A stretch of 64,000 nt of DNA from assembly GCA_025786725.1 (NCBI GenBank), contig JAHLTZ010000023.1:124001-188000 (forward strand), in the 5' to 3' direction. The translations under genes were made by a program, and so were the position numbers. This document shows, in pieces, positions 1-10,500 of this stretch. Positions within the stretch are counted from its first letter, which is position 1. Every line of letters begins with the position of its first letter. Origin of the DNA: Syncephalis fuscata S228. Taxonomy: Eukaryota > Fungi > Zoopagomycota. The notes beneath the pieces were generated by a model. It was not told the origin of the DNA. It saw only the letters and a program-made list of their open reading frames with translations, and did no database searches.

Positions 1-300
1 CATGTGAATAGACACGACAACAATATACTAAATACTAGTACTAACAATCATAAACAAACAGCTATCCAAGAACATAACTAGTAGATACTTGTTGTTTACT
101 GACACATGATCAACCATATGAACAAAGCTCAAGTTTTATTAACAATAGTATTTACTATACACTACTAGCTTTATTAGGACTATAATAAACATATCTATAT
201 TTCTAGTTTATATTATTTTCTCTACTTTAGTTAAAAGTGTCATTTAGTTGTTAAAAGCTTAACTATGGTAATAGATAATTAAAAAAGAATCATTTATTAT
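1..300. repeat. Diverged direct repeat, copy A (paralog at ~3200-3538)
   Basis: Collinear anchors shared with 3200-3538: tttactata, tagctttatt, aataaa, tttctagt, atattattt, aact(a/g)tggtaat, tttattat. Judged by eye in AT-rich DNA. Confidence 0.55.
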
Positions 301-982
301 TTATTTTATAATAGCATCAGGCTCATGTTGTACTAAGGCAAGTAATTAATTAGTGGTCACTGATGCTTAGGTGATAGAAGTAGGCTTGGAAAAAAGGTAA
401 CTATTCAGTTGCTAGTCGTTGCGATGTAGTGCTAGGTTGTTAACAATCAACAATTATTCTTATATCAATATCAGTACAACATCATTTCATTATATGATAG
501 TGATAGATTTTTTACTATCCATGGTATATTTACAAATAAACAGTTGATTTTATTGCCAATATATATAACTACAATATTCACATTAACATTGACATATTTA
601 TACCGGCCTATGCTTGTAGCTAATACAATATAATTGTACATGTTTTTTGTTAATACTATTACTTGATTAATAATTAAGAATTATTGAATACAAATAGAAC
701 ACAATTATCAATATAGCAATTTGATTGTTTTTTTAAAATGAAACCATAAGTTTATTACAAGTTTGCACAGTTAAATAGGAACAACTAATTGCAAGCTTAT
801 TAGTAAAAGTGATTTTATTGACTAATGACTGGATAAACCGGAGCATTGGCCAAAACTTGATATATAAATAGACTGGACGGCGTAGTTGTCAAATGGTCTT
901 GTTTTTCACCGAATATATACCTAAAGTGTATTGGACCAGTGGTTTGATTACACTACCAATGCTAATGTCTTGAAACCATCGA

Positions 983-1180
983 TTATGATTGACACTTGGG
1001 TTTGCATCGAATTTTGCAAAAAACCATGCATTCATGCATGCATTTTTGACATTCTGCACGATTACCACGACGAACCAAAGCTGGATTACCATCCATCGTA
1101 GCTGGTTTAGCATCCACCACGGCTGTAGTGGCTATCAAAGCCACAACGACGGTGCAAACAACGGCAATAGAAAGCTTCAT
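983..1180 (-). CDS. Small secreted cysteine-rich prepropeptide, copy 1 (65 aa)
   Basis: Hydrophobic signal peptide ending VVDA, short pro-region ending LVRR (Kex2-type site), and predicted mature GNRAECQKCMHECMVFCKIRCKPKCQS with 6 Cys. The frame is intact in both copies. Confidence 0.85.
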   Translation of the reverse strand: MKLSIAVVCTVVVALIATTAVVDAKPATMDGNPALVRRGNRAECQKCMHECMVFCKIRCKPKCQS

Positions 1181-1465
1181 GGTGATATTAATTTGTTAAA
1201 ACAAACAAATAAAGAGATAGTAGAGTGTGGTTGGTATAGAGTGTATAGTAGTGCGTGTATAGCAAGAAGTAGAGTGTAATGATGATATCGCAGTTGGTTG
1301 TGTATATTTTGTGGGCTATTTAAACTTATGGCTATGCTGAGATGCTAGTATACTGTAGTATACAAGATATACCATTGGTGTGTAATATGAACCAATAAAA
1401 CAATCCAGGTAATGGTTTGAGGTGCACATGTACCAATAGATTCAGGGTGGAATAGAATGCTTTCA

Positions 1466-1552
1466 GTCTTTATTTTAACCTGCCTGGTCTTTCTTTTAAC
1501 CTGCCTGGTCTTTCTTTTAACCTGTCTGGTCTTTATTTTAGCCTGCCCGGTC
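1466..1552. repeat. Four tandem 21-bp repeats in the spacer between the divergent peptide genes
   Basis: Units: gtctttattttaacctgcctg / gtctttcttttaacctgcctg / gtctttcttttaacctgtctg / gtctttattttagcctgcccg. Confidence 0.95.
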
Positions 1553-1940
1553 ATTTGCACGAATAATGTAACAATGATAATAATCCAGTACATATGCGAT
1601 AAAAATAGACATATTCGCCTGTATTTTCTGTTACATGATTTAGCTATTTGATAAAAACAAGTATATTGTTTTGGCTTTGTAAAAAATAATAATAATGTCT
1701 TTGTTGCCATTTCTACCGATTCGGTTCTCAACATCTGCATGCATACAGAATAGCACACAGCTTTGATGTAAAAACAAATTTAATGTATCAAAATGGTATT
1801 TTTATATAACTCTTTACTTTTATTATAGCCAGTTGCGATCATTACACTCTACTTCTTGCTATACACGCACTACTATACACTCTATACCAACCACACTCTA
1901 CTATCTCTTTATTTGTTTGTTTTAACAAATTAATATTACC

Positions 1941-2138
1941 ATGAAGCTTTCTATTGCCGTTGTTTGCACCGTCTTTGTGGCTTTGATAGCCACTACAGCC
2001 GTGGTGGATGCTAAACCAGCTACGATGGATGGTAATCCAGCTTTGGTTCGTCGTGGTAATAGTGCGGAATGTCAAAAATGCATGCATGAATGCATGATTT
2101 TTTGCAAAATTCGATGCAAACCCAAGTGTCAATCATAA
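1941..2138 (+). CDS. Small secreted cysteine-rich prepropeptide, copy 2 (65 aa)
   Basis: Same architecture as copy 1; differs by V12F, R41S and V53I. Confidence 0.85.
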   Translation: MKLSIAVVCTVFVALIATTAVVDAKPATMDGNPALVRRGNSAECQKCMHECMIFCKIRCKPKCQS

Positions 2139-3199
2139 TCGATGGTTTCAAGACATTAGCATTGGTAGTGTAATCAAGCCACTATTTCAATACACTTTAG
2201 ATATATATTCGGTGAAAAACAAGATCATTTGACAACTACGCTGTCCAGTCTATTTATATATCGAGTTTTTGGCCAATGCTCCGGTTTATCCAGTCATTAG
2301 TCAATAAAATCACTTTTACTAATAAGCTTGCAATTAGTTGTTCCTATTTAACTGTGCAAACTTGTAATAAACTTATGGTTTCATTTTAAAAAAAACAAGC
2401 CAGTTGTAATTCTTTAAATTATAGAGTGGGCTGTGATTGGTACATGCATGCATTTCATTCAACACTATGCCCATTGTTATGGGGGTAATCATTGTTTCGA
2501 ATTTACAAATGCATCAAATCTAGGCATATCATGCTACATGCTGTGCAACTGCCATCATTCAAATGGTGGCTAATCTAAATCACCTGAAATTGATTCTACA
2601 ATGAGTATTGTTTGTAGGATGATGTATCACGGCATTTTAAGCAATGGGACATTCCAACAAGTCATTTTCGCCATCAGTTTTCTGTTGTAAACTGAAATAC
2701 ATCGGCTAAATTACACGCAATACAATATCCAGACACTAGACTAGATACAATAAAAAATTCTGCTCAAACATCAACAATTTCGAGTGCATAATGGCCGTGG
2801 ATTGCATATAAATTGGTAATCATCCAAGACCTAACTGCTGCTTACATTTATAAAATCACTTCTGACAAGTTAAGCAAAATAGAATGTAGAAGAACAAGCC
2901 AAAGCAGAAACCAATGGAAAAACAATTGGCAGCTCAAAAGCTTACTGGTTTAACTTATAACAAATTATTATCGGCATACCATGTTAGGCTGCGTTTATCA
3001 ACGATCTAACTACTGATAATACAGCTAGAACAATAGCTTTAAACGAAAGTAACGCATGAAATTAAAAACATTGTACATAGCATTTAATAAAACTGCAAAA
3101 TACACACATGCTGTTGTTACTGTTCTATAATTCCGCACAGGGTTTTGTGAAAGTGTGACCAAGAGATATGCCATGTGATTGGATCACCAGTTAAAGTCG

Positions 3200-3538
3200 C
3201 ATGTGATTGATTGCAAGAATAATATATCTATTGGATATTAATATCGATTACTAGTAACAAATGCCTATTACGACAATATGACGAGTAGCTACTTGTTAGT
3301 TGTGAGCATATGAGCAGTCACCTGAACTAATATGCTGCACTAATGATGAAATACTACAAGGCATTCCAGTTCTATTATTAGTTATGTTTACTATATAATG
3401 ATAGCTTTATTCAATATCAATAAAGGAATTATCAAGTTTCTAGTCCAATATTATTTCTACTTAATGTCATACAAGTTATTCAGTTTATTATAGTTAAACT
3501 GTGGTAATTAATGACCAATAAGGAATAATTTTATTATA
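3200..3538. repeat. Diverged direct repeat, copy B (paralog of 1-300)
   Basis: Same collinear anchors as copy A. Confidence 0.55.
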
Positions 3539-3549
3539 AAAGCAATACA

Positions 3550-3646
3550 ACCAAGCAACACTTTGTATTCTGAGCGTTAGGGTAAGCGTTAATAAGCATC
3601 AGAAATTAACGTTATAGGATAGCAACAGGATAAGGTGTTGCTTGGT
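3550..3646. repeat. ~97-bp imperfect fold-back hairpin
   Basis: accaagcaacac (3550-3561) pairs perfectly with gtgttgcttggt (3635-3646). Inner stems are tattctg/caggata and gcgttaat/attaacgt. Confidence 0.75.
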
Positions 3647-5557
3647 CATTTAAGTTGCGATTCCTAAAACTAGAAGTATAACAACATAATTAATAAATAG
3701 TCATCTAATACACAACACAATTTATGAGCTATTATAATCATTATTTATAATACTGTTAATAAATAGAGAAATTTTGAAAAATATCTTGTTTTTAAAATTC
3801 AAAAATTTTAAATTCACTCTTCTTAATAAATTATGATTTTAAATAAGCATAAATAAAATTATTAAATTATTAAACCCTTTTATTAAAAGAATATCGCTAA
3901 ATATTTACCAAACTATTTAAAAAACTATATTTACCAGCATCGAAGAAATGAGGATTGCTATTGACGAGTTTAAGCTTGCTAGCGATTGCAATTTTAAGAG
4001 AAAAAACAATCTAGCAAGATTATTGCTTATTTATTTTGATAAAGACAATTGCAGCAAGAAATTTCAGTTTGTTTGGCTGCCAAAAAGCGGAAACTGGCCT
4101 AATAAAAATTGTTCAATGCAATCTTAACCATTTTAATAATTGTCCATATAATTCTAGAAATAATATCATTAAATGTATTAATAAATATATCACAAATAAT
4201 GTTGCTACATTTTTAAATATAAAACCAAAAAATGTACAAGTAAAATTATTAAGTACATATTTAATTATTAAATACACACTAACAATTGTAATAGCTTAAC
4301 AGATGTTATTATTTTCATTATAAAACTTAATCTGCTTTTAATTCAATAAAAAATGACATTGTTACAACAACAGTAATAAAATTATGTAAATTTGACTAAA
4401 CAATTAAAGGAAGAAAAATAAAAGTAGCTTAAATGTTTTAATACCAATTTAACAATAATAAAATATTATTAGTGTCAAACGGCTTTAACTTCTAACAATA
4501 GCTTAGATTAGCAGATTATAACAAAAGTTGTAATTGCATAAATTCCGACAATAAGCTAAAATGGATTGGGTTATAAAAAGGCACCTTATTATTATTTGAG
4601 TAACAATATTAGTTATTTATTATATTGCTGAAACATAAACAAAAGTTATAAAGCTAAAAATCACTGATGGGAAAAAAGTTAATCGCAATTAATGCAACAA
4701 TTTTAATTTAAGACCTTTTATTTACGTAATTTAGTTAATTGTAGCCATATTAACAGTAATGCCAATTGTGTTCTACTTGTTAAAGGGCTTCCAGCGATAT
4801 ACTTGTGGTAAATGCAACTCAAAAACACAGTAAAAAACATACTATGTAAATATTAGCACTAATAGTGTTGAAGCAGTAGTTAATGTTGGAATAAAAGTTT
4901 ACAACTATTTTAGTCAATATAGTTAGACCAAAATAAGCTGAATATTAGTCAATTAACATTTATATGTTAAACATTAAAGCATAGAGAACACCAGAGGCTA
5001 ACATGATAGCACAGCATCAAGATAGAGTGCTGTTTGCCCGTTTAATCCACGGCTTCTAAAACTAAAGCTATAGCACTAATGGCATTGCATTAATATTTTT
5101 AACATTTGAATCAAACAGCCATGTATATATGTGTCACTATTATTAATAGCTATTTGTGATGCTTATTGCAAATGATAGTTCGTTGCTGGTCCGCATTTAA
5201 TTTATTCACCAAAAGCAATAAATCAAATACAGCTTTGTTAAGTTTATAATGTTTTTAAACTTTACCTAGATTAATTGCTTATAACATGCTAAAATCGTTA
5301 AGCATACAAACAAACAATACACGCCAATATTGCCAACATCAACGGCAAACTCTTTTAAAACATATTAAATAGCCTGCTTGTATCGATACTAGCAGTGGCA
5401 ATTTGTTAGATACAAACTGCTTAATCCGATCTAGCACATAGGCAAATCAGTAAATCAAAGACAATAAATTGTAATAAGTTTTATTAATTAGCACTTTAGC
5501 GCTGATTCGGTTCTAGCGTTGTTCGTTATTCTATCTTAGTCGTACGTCGCTGCTTGT

Positions 5558-6043
5558 TTAGCATTTTGGGAAGTTCTTTGGCAGTTTATCGTTACGGCCA
5601 AAGTCCTGTGTCCAGTAAGCTTTGCCTCCACTGCCTACAGCCATGCCACTGCCGAAATGCGTGGCATCGCTTACTAAGTTTTGGAGATGAAGAGGCGAGC
5701 GAATCCAGCTGTCCATAACTTGCTCAATAGATGTCTGTCCGCCCGCAACATTTTCTCTTACGCTGTTCCATCCGCCACCGCTGATAGAGCAGCGTTCCAT
5801 TAAAGCAGGTTCACCAGCAAAAGAATGGCTCATTTGGTTATTACGAGCTTGAAGTGCACTATGGGTCTGTGCAGCTTTGTTTAAACCGGCATCAATTGCA
5901 AGTGGTGGAAGCTTTCGTTCACCGCGGAATTTGTTGACCAGACAAAGCATCTTTGTCGGATCAAAGCTAACTGGACCGGCAGTCACTTCAATTGTGCTAG
6001 CGGCAAATACGGTAATTGCGACGAGAGTGATGAGAAATTTCAT
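5558..6043 (-). CDS. Secreted CAP/SCP (PR-1/YkwD-like) domain protein, copy 1
   Basis: Signal peptide; CAP motifs LVNKFR, LNKAAQTHS, MSH, ENVAGG, WIRSPLHLQNL, GSG and YWTQDFG; intronless. Confidence 0.93.
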   Translation of the reverse strand: MKFLITLVAITVFAASTIEVTAGPVSFDPTKMLCLVNKFRGERKLPPLAIDAGLNKAAQTHSALQARNNQMSHSFAGEPALMERCSISGGGWNSVRENVAGGQTSIEQVMDSWIRSPLHLQNLVSDATHFGSGMAVGSGGKAYWTQDFGRNDKLPKNFPKC

Positions 6044-6786
6044 GATGATAGTGGTTGTAGGTTTAAAAGTCGTGCGTAGCAGTTGGTGCGTTTAGTCGAT
6101 CTATCAGACTAGCTGTATAAATGATGTAAAAAGTGCTGGTGTATAGGCCGTTATAGAAGCTGTAGCTTTGTTGGGATGTTGAATCAATTATTGACCAAAT
6201 AAACCGACGTATATTTATATTCAATTTTGTATCTACTGCTTTTAAGATATGTTTTATAATAATACCCATGAACAAAACCATTTTCATTGTTTAGGTCCTA
6301 AGTGGTGTAAAAGACAAACATACTTAGTTGCACCATGCTGAAACATGATTGTTCTTAGTGGCCCAGACTTTAAAGTTACAAGTAATAAGCCGGCTATTTC
6401 ATTGTCATCAAACAGTATCTTTGTACATTGTATTGTTATAATTTGCCCACCATGCTTGTATGTTATAGGCTTATTAACTATTTAGTAATACTAATATTTT
6501 GATACAACGTGCAATAGTTATGAACATTGTAAAGTGGCATGATCCGCTATTGTTATAGATATAGCCATCATAAAAATATGATATTTGTTATTCCAATAGC
6601 TATAGCTATTCTAGAATTTAATTATGTTTTATTTGTAATAATCATGGCCGGCTTAAAAAGTATTTTTAACGCAATTATGTGGTAAAAATTAATGGAATGT
6701 GAATTAAAAAATAATAGCGATTAGCTAATTGGTATAGCGTTGTTAAAATTATGTATAACTTTTCGTAAAATGAAGCAAATTGTTTG

Positions 6787-7391
6787 ATATTTTGCACAAG
6801 TATACACATGGCATATAAGTGACTATTAGCAAAGTATACCGTTATTATAGTGCATGATGGTGTAATGGTTGCAATAATACGCTGATAAATGTGCAAAAAT
6901 AGCAGGTTTTAGTTATTTATGACTTGTATAAACAAAATACAGCAAAATGATTGCTAGATTCGAGTTTTCCATGCTTTGCTGATCAGATTGATATAAAATA
7001 TAGAACAGCGATTTTGGCAACAAAAGTTAGCCAAAAATGCGATTTACGTATTTTTAATCCACTCAATAAATATTGATAATAATACATATAGCTTTACTTA
7101 GAATAAAGCAAATGGCATAATATTTTGCACAAGTATGTATATGATATACAGATAGCTACTGGCAAAGTATACCGTTATTGTATTGCGTGATGGTGTATCT
7201 ATCATGGCAATACACTAATAAATGTGTAAAAATAGTGGTTTTTGGTCATTCATGACTTGTATAACTAAAATACAGCAAAATGATTGCTAGATTCGAGTTT
7301 TCCATGCTTTGCTGATCAGATTGATATAAAATATAGAACAGCGATTTTGGCAACAAAAGTTAGCCAATATTCAATTTGTGCGTATTTAGTT
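6787..7391. repeat. 333-bp-period direct tandem duplication at the centre of palindrome 2
   Basis: 6787 aligns with 7120. The 5' parts have diverged, but 6934-7034 is identical to 7267-7367. 7267-7391 is also the exact inverse of 7572-7696. Confidence 0.92.
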
Positions 7392-8586
7392 GTTAACAAA
7401 ACCTTAGTTATATGTATATTTGTGGTATAAATTGCCGCCATGTATCGGTATTTCTGCATAGCAACTTTATTATATTTGTTTAGCGCTATATAACACTTTG
7501 AATTTACTATGGACCAAACTTTATTTTTGCATTAAAATTCTAAATTTTTTAAAATTAAATTACTTTTCATTAACTAAATACGCACAAATTGAATATTGGC
7601 TAACTTTTGTTGCCAAAATCGCTGTTCTATATTTTATATCAATCTGATCAGCAAAGCATGGAAAACTCGAATCTAGCAATCATTTTGCTGTATTTTGTTT
7701 ATACAAGTCATAAATAACTAAAACCTGCTATTTTTGCACATTTATCAGCGTATTATTGCAACCATTACACCATCATGCACTATAATAACGGTATACTTTG
7801 CTAATAGTCACTTATATGCCATGTGTATACTTGTGCAAAATATCAAACAATTTGCTTCATTTTACGAAAAGTTATACATAATTTTAACAACGCTATACCA
7901 ATTAGCTAATCGCTATTATTTTTTAATTCACATTCCATTAATTTTTACCACATAATTGCGTTAAAAATACTTTTTAAGCCGGCCATGATTATTACAAATA
8001 AAACATAATTAAATTCTAGAATAGCTATAGCTATTGGAATAACAAATATCATATTTTTATGATGGCTATATCTATAACAATAGCGGATCATGCCACTTTA
8101 CAATGTTCATAACTATTGCACGTTGTATCAAAATATTAGTATTACTAAATAGTTAATAAGCCTATAACATACAAGCATGGTGGGCAAATTATAACAATAC
8201 AATGTACAAAGATACTGTTTGATGACAATGAAATAGCCGGCTTATTACTTGTAACTTTAAAGTCTGGGCCACTAAGAACAATCATGTTTCAGCATGGTGC
8301 AACTAAGTATGTTTGTCTTTTACACCACTTAGGACCTAAACAATGAAAATGGTTTTGTTCATGGGTATTATTATAAAACATATCTTAAAAGCAGTAGATA
8401 CAAAATTGAATATAAATATACGTCGGTTTATTTGGTCAATAATTGATTCAACATCCCAACAAAGCTACAGCTTCTATAACGGCCTATACACCAGCACTTT
8501 TTACATCATTTATACAGCTAGTCTGATAGATCGACTAAACGCACCAACTGCTACGCACGACTTTTAAACCTACAACCACTATCATC

Positions 8587-9072
8587 ATGAAATTTCTCAT
8601 CACTCTCGTCGCAATTACCGTATTTGCCGCTAGCACAATTGAAGTGACTGCCGGTCCAGTTAGCTTTGATCCGACAAAGATGCTTTGTCTGGTCAACAAA
8701 TTCCGCGGTGAACGAAAGCTTCCACCACTTGCAATTGATGCCGGTTTAAACAAAGCTGCACAGACCCATAGTGCACTTCAAGCTCGTAATAACCAAATGA
8801 GCCATTCTTTTGCTGGTGAACCTGCTTTAATGGAACGCTGCTCTATCAGCGGTGGCGGATGGAACAGCGTAAGAGAAAATGTTGCGGGCGGACAGACATC
8901 TATTGAGCAAGTTATGGACAGCTGGATTCGCTCGCCTCTTCATCTCCAAAACTTAGTAAGCGATGCCACGCATTTCGGCAGTGGCATGGCTGTAGGCAGT
9001 GGAGGCAAAGCTTACTGGACACAGGACTTTGGCCGTAACGATAAACTGCCAAAGAACTTCCCAAAATGCTAA
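8587..9072 (+). CDS. Secreted CAP/SCP domain protein, copy 2 (identical to copy 1)
   Basis: Identical 161-aa translation. Confidence 0.93.
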   Translation: MKFLITLVAITVFAASTIEVTAGPVSFDPTKMLCLVNKFRGERKLPPLAIDAGLNKAAQTHSALQARNNQMSHSFAGEPALMERCSISGGGWNSVRENVAGGQTSIEQVMDSWIRSPLHLQNLVSDATHFGSGMAVGSGGKAYWTQDFGRNDKLPKNFPKC

Positions 9073-10500
9073 ACAAGCAGCGACGTACGACTAAGATAGA
9101 ATAACGAACAACGCTAGAACCGAATCAGCGCTAAAGTGCTAATTAATAAAACTTATTACAATTTATTGTCTTTGATTTACTGATTTGCCTATGTGCTAGA
9201 TCGGATTAAGCAGTTTGTATCTAACAAATTGCCACTGCTAGTATCGATACAAGCAGGCTATTTAATATGTTTTAAAAGAGTTTGCCGTTGATGTTGGCAA
9301 TATTGGCGTGTATTGTTTGTTTGTATGCTTAACGATTTTAGCATGTTATAAGCAATTAATCTAGGTAAAGTTTAAAAACATTATAAACTTAACAAAGCTG
9401 TATTTGATTTATTGCTTTTGGTGAATAAATTAAATGCGGACCAGCAACGAACTATCATTTGCAATAAGCATCACAAATAGCTATTAATAATAGTGACACA
9501 TATATACATGGCTGTTTGATTCAAATGTTAAAAATATTAATGCAATGCCATTAGTGCTATAGCTTTAGTTTTAGAAGCCGTGGATTAAACGGGCAAACAG
9601 CACTCTATCTTGATGCTGTGCTATCATGTTAGCCTCTGGTGTTCTCTATGCTTTAATGTTTAACATATAAATGTTAATTGACTAATATTCAGCTTATTTT
9701 GGTCTAACTATATTGACTAAAATAGTTGTAAACTTTTATTCCAACATTAACTACTGCTTCAACACTATTAGTGCTAATATTTACATAGTATGTTTTTTAC
9801 TGTGTTTTTGAGTTGCATTTACCACAAGTATATCGCTGGAAGCCCTTTAACAAGTAGAACACAATTGGCATTACTGTTAATATGGCTACAATTAACTAAA
9901 TTACGTAAATAAAAGGTCTTAAATTAAAATTGTTGCATTAATTGCAATTAACTTTTTTCCCATCAGTGATTTTTAGCTTTATAACTTTTGTTTATGTTTC
10001 AGCAATATAATAAATAACTAATATTGTTACTCAAATATTTGAATGTATATATGCCGAACAATTTTTAAAAAAATAACTTTTAGCACTATATTTAAATTAC
10101 GACGATATTATTATTGCTAATGCTTACACGTTATCATTAACAACTATATTTTCTAGTATGCCTATATTTTTATTAAAGCTATTTATCATAACTTTATAAC
10201 ATAATGATGTGGGGCAGGCCAATAATTAGCTAATACTGGCTATCACTCTAAATAAAATCTATTATCATAAATGTTGGCTTGTGGTACAACGAATACAATT
10301 ATCGTATATTACTTATTATAGTGGAGCTATAGAAAGCTTTTATAGCTATTTGAACAAAAAAGAAGGCATAAAGGTATTGGCAATAGGCTTGTTGGTAATT
10401 GTAGCATTTTACGATTATTTATTTGTTTTATTGTTTCTTTAACCTCATTACATTATATTAAAAATTTTAATAAAATTTGCGCAATTCAACAAGACATTTG

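Larger units (their letters stand above)
725..2398. repeat. Inverted duplication 1: arms ~725-1283 and ~1838-2398, spacer ~554 bp
   Basis: The arms are reverse complements (paired coordinates sum to 3121 across the CDS), with scattered substitutions and two 1-nt homopolymer indels. Confidence 0.95.
4593..10037. repeat. Inverted duplication 2: arms 4593-7034 and 7596-10037 (2442 bp each), spacer 561 bp
   Basis: Paired coordinates sum to 14630 throughout, and the ORF track is mirrored exactly. Only one mismatch was noticed by eye (4684 vs 9946). Confidence 0.97.

Noticed and set aside
983-1063. Cys spacing resembles bacterial SCIFF ranthipeptides
   Set aside because: No radical-SAM gene nearby; the signal peptide and Kex2 site point to disulfide formation in the secretory pathway.
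1466-1552. CRISPR-like array, or coding repeat of ORFs 1345-1758 and 1457-1651
   Set aside because: No spacers and a eukaryotic context; the ORFs are by-products of a stop-free 21-mer.
6063-8567. Mirrored ORFs 6063-6287/8343-8567 and 6675-6896/7734-7955 as conserved genes
   Set aside because: They are identical only because of the DNA duplication; composition is that of AT-rich non-coding DNA.
4593-10037. Palindrome as a transposon with giant terminal inverted repeats
   Set aside because: No transposase, no target-site duplication, and the arms consist of a host-type gene with its flanks.
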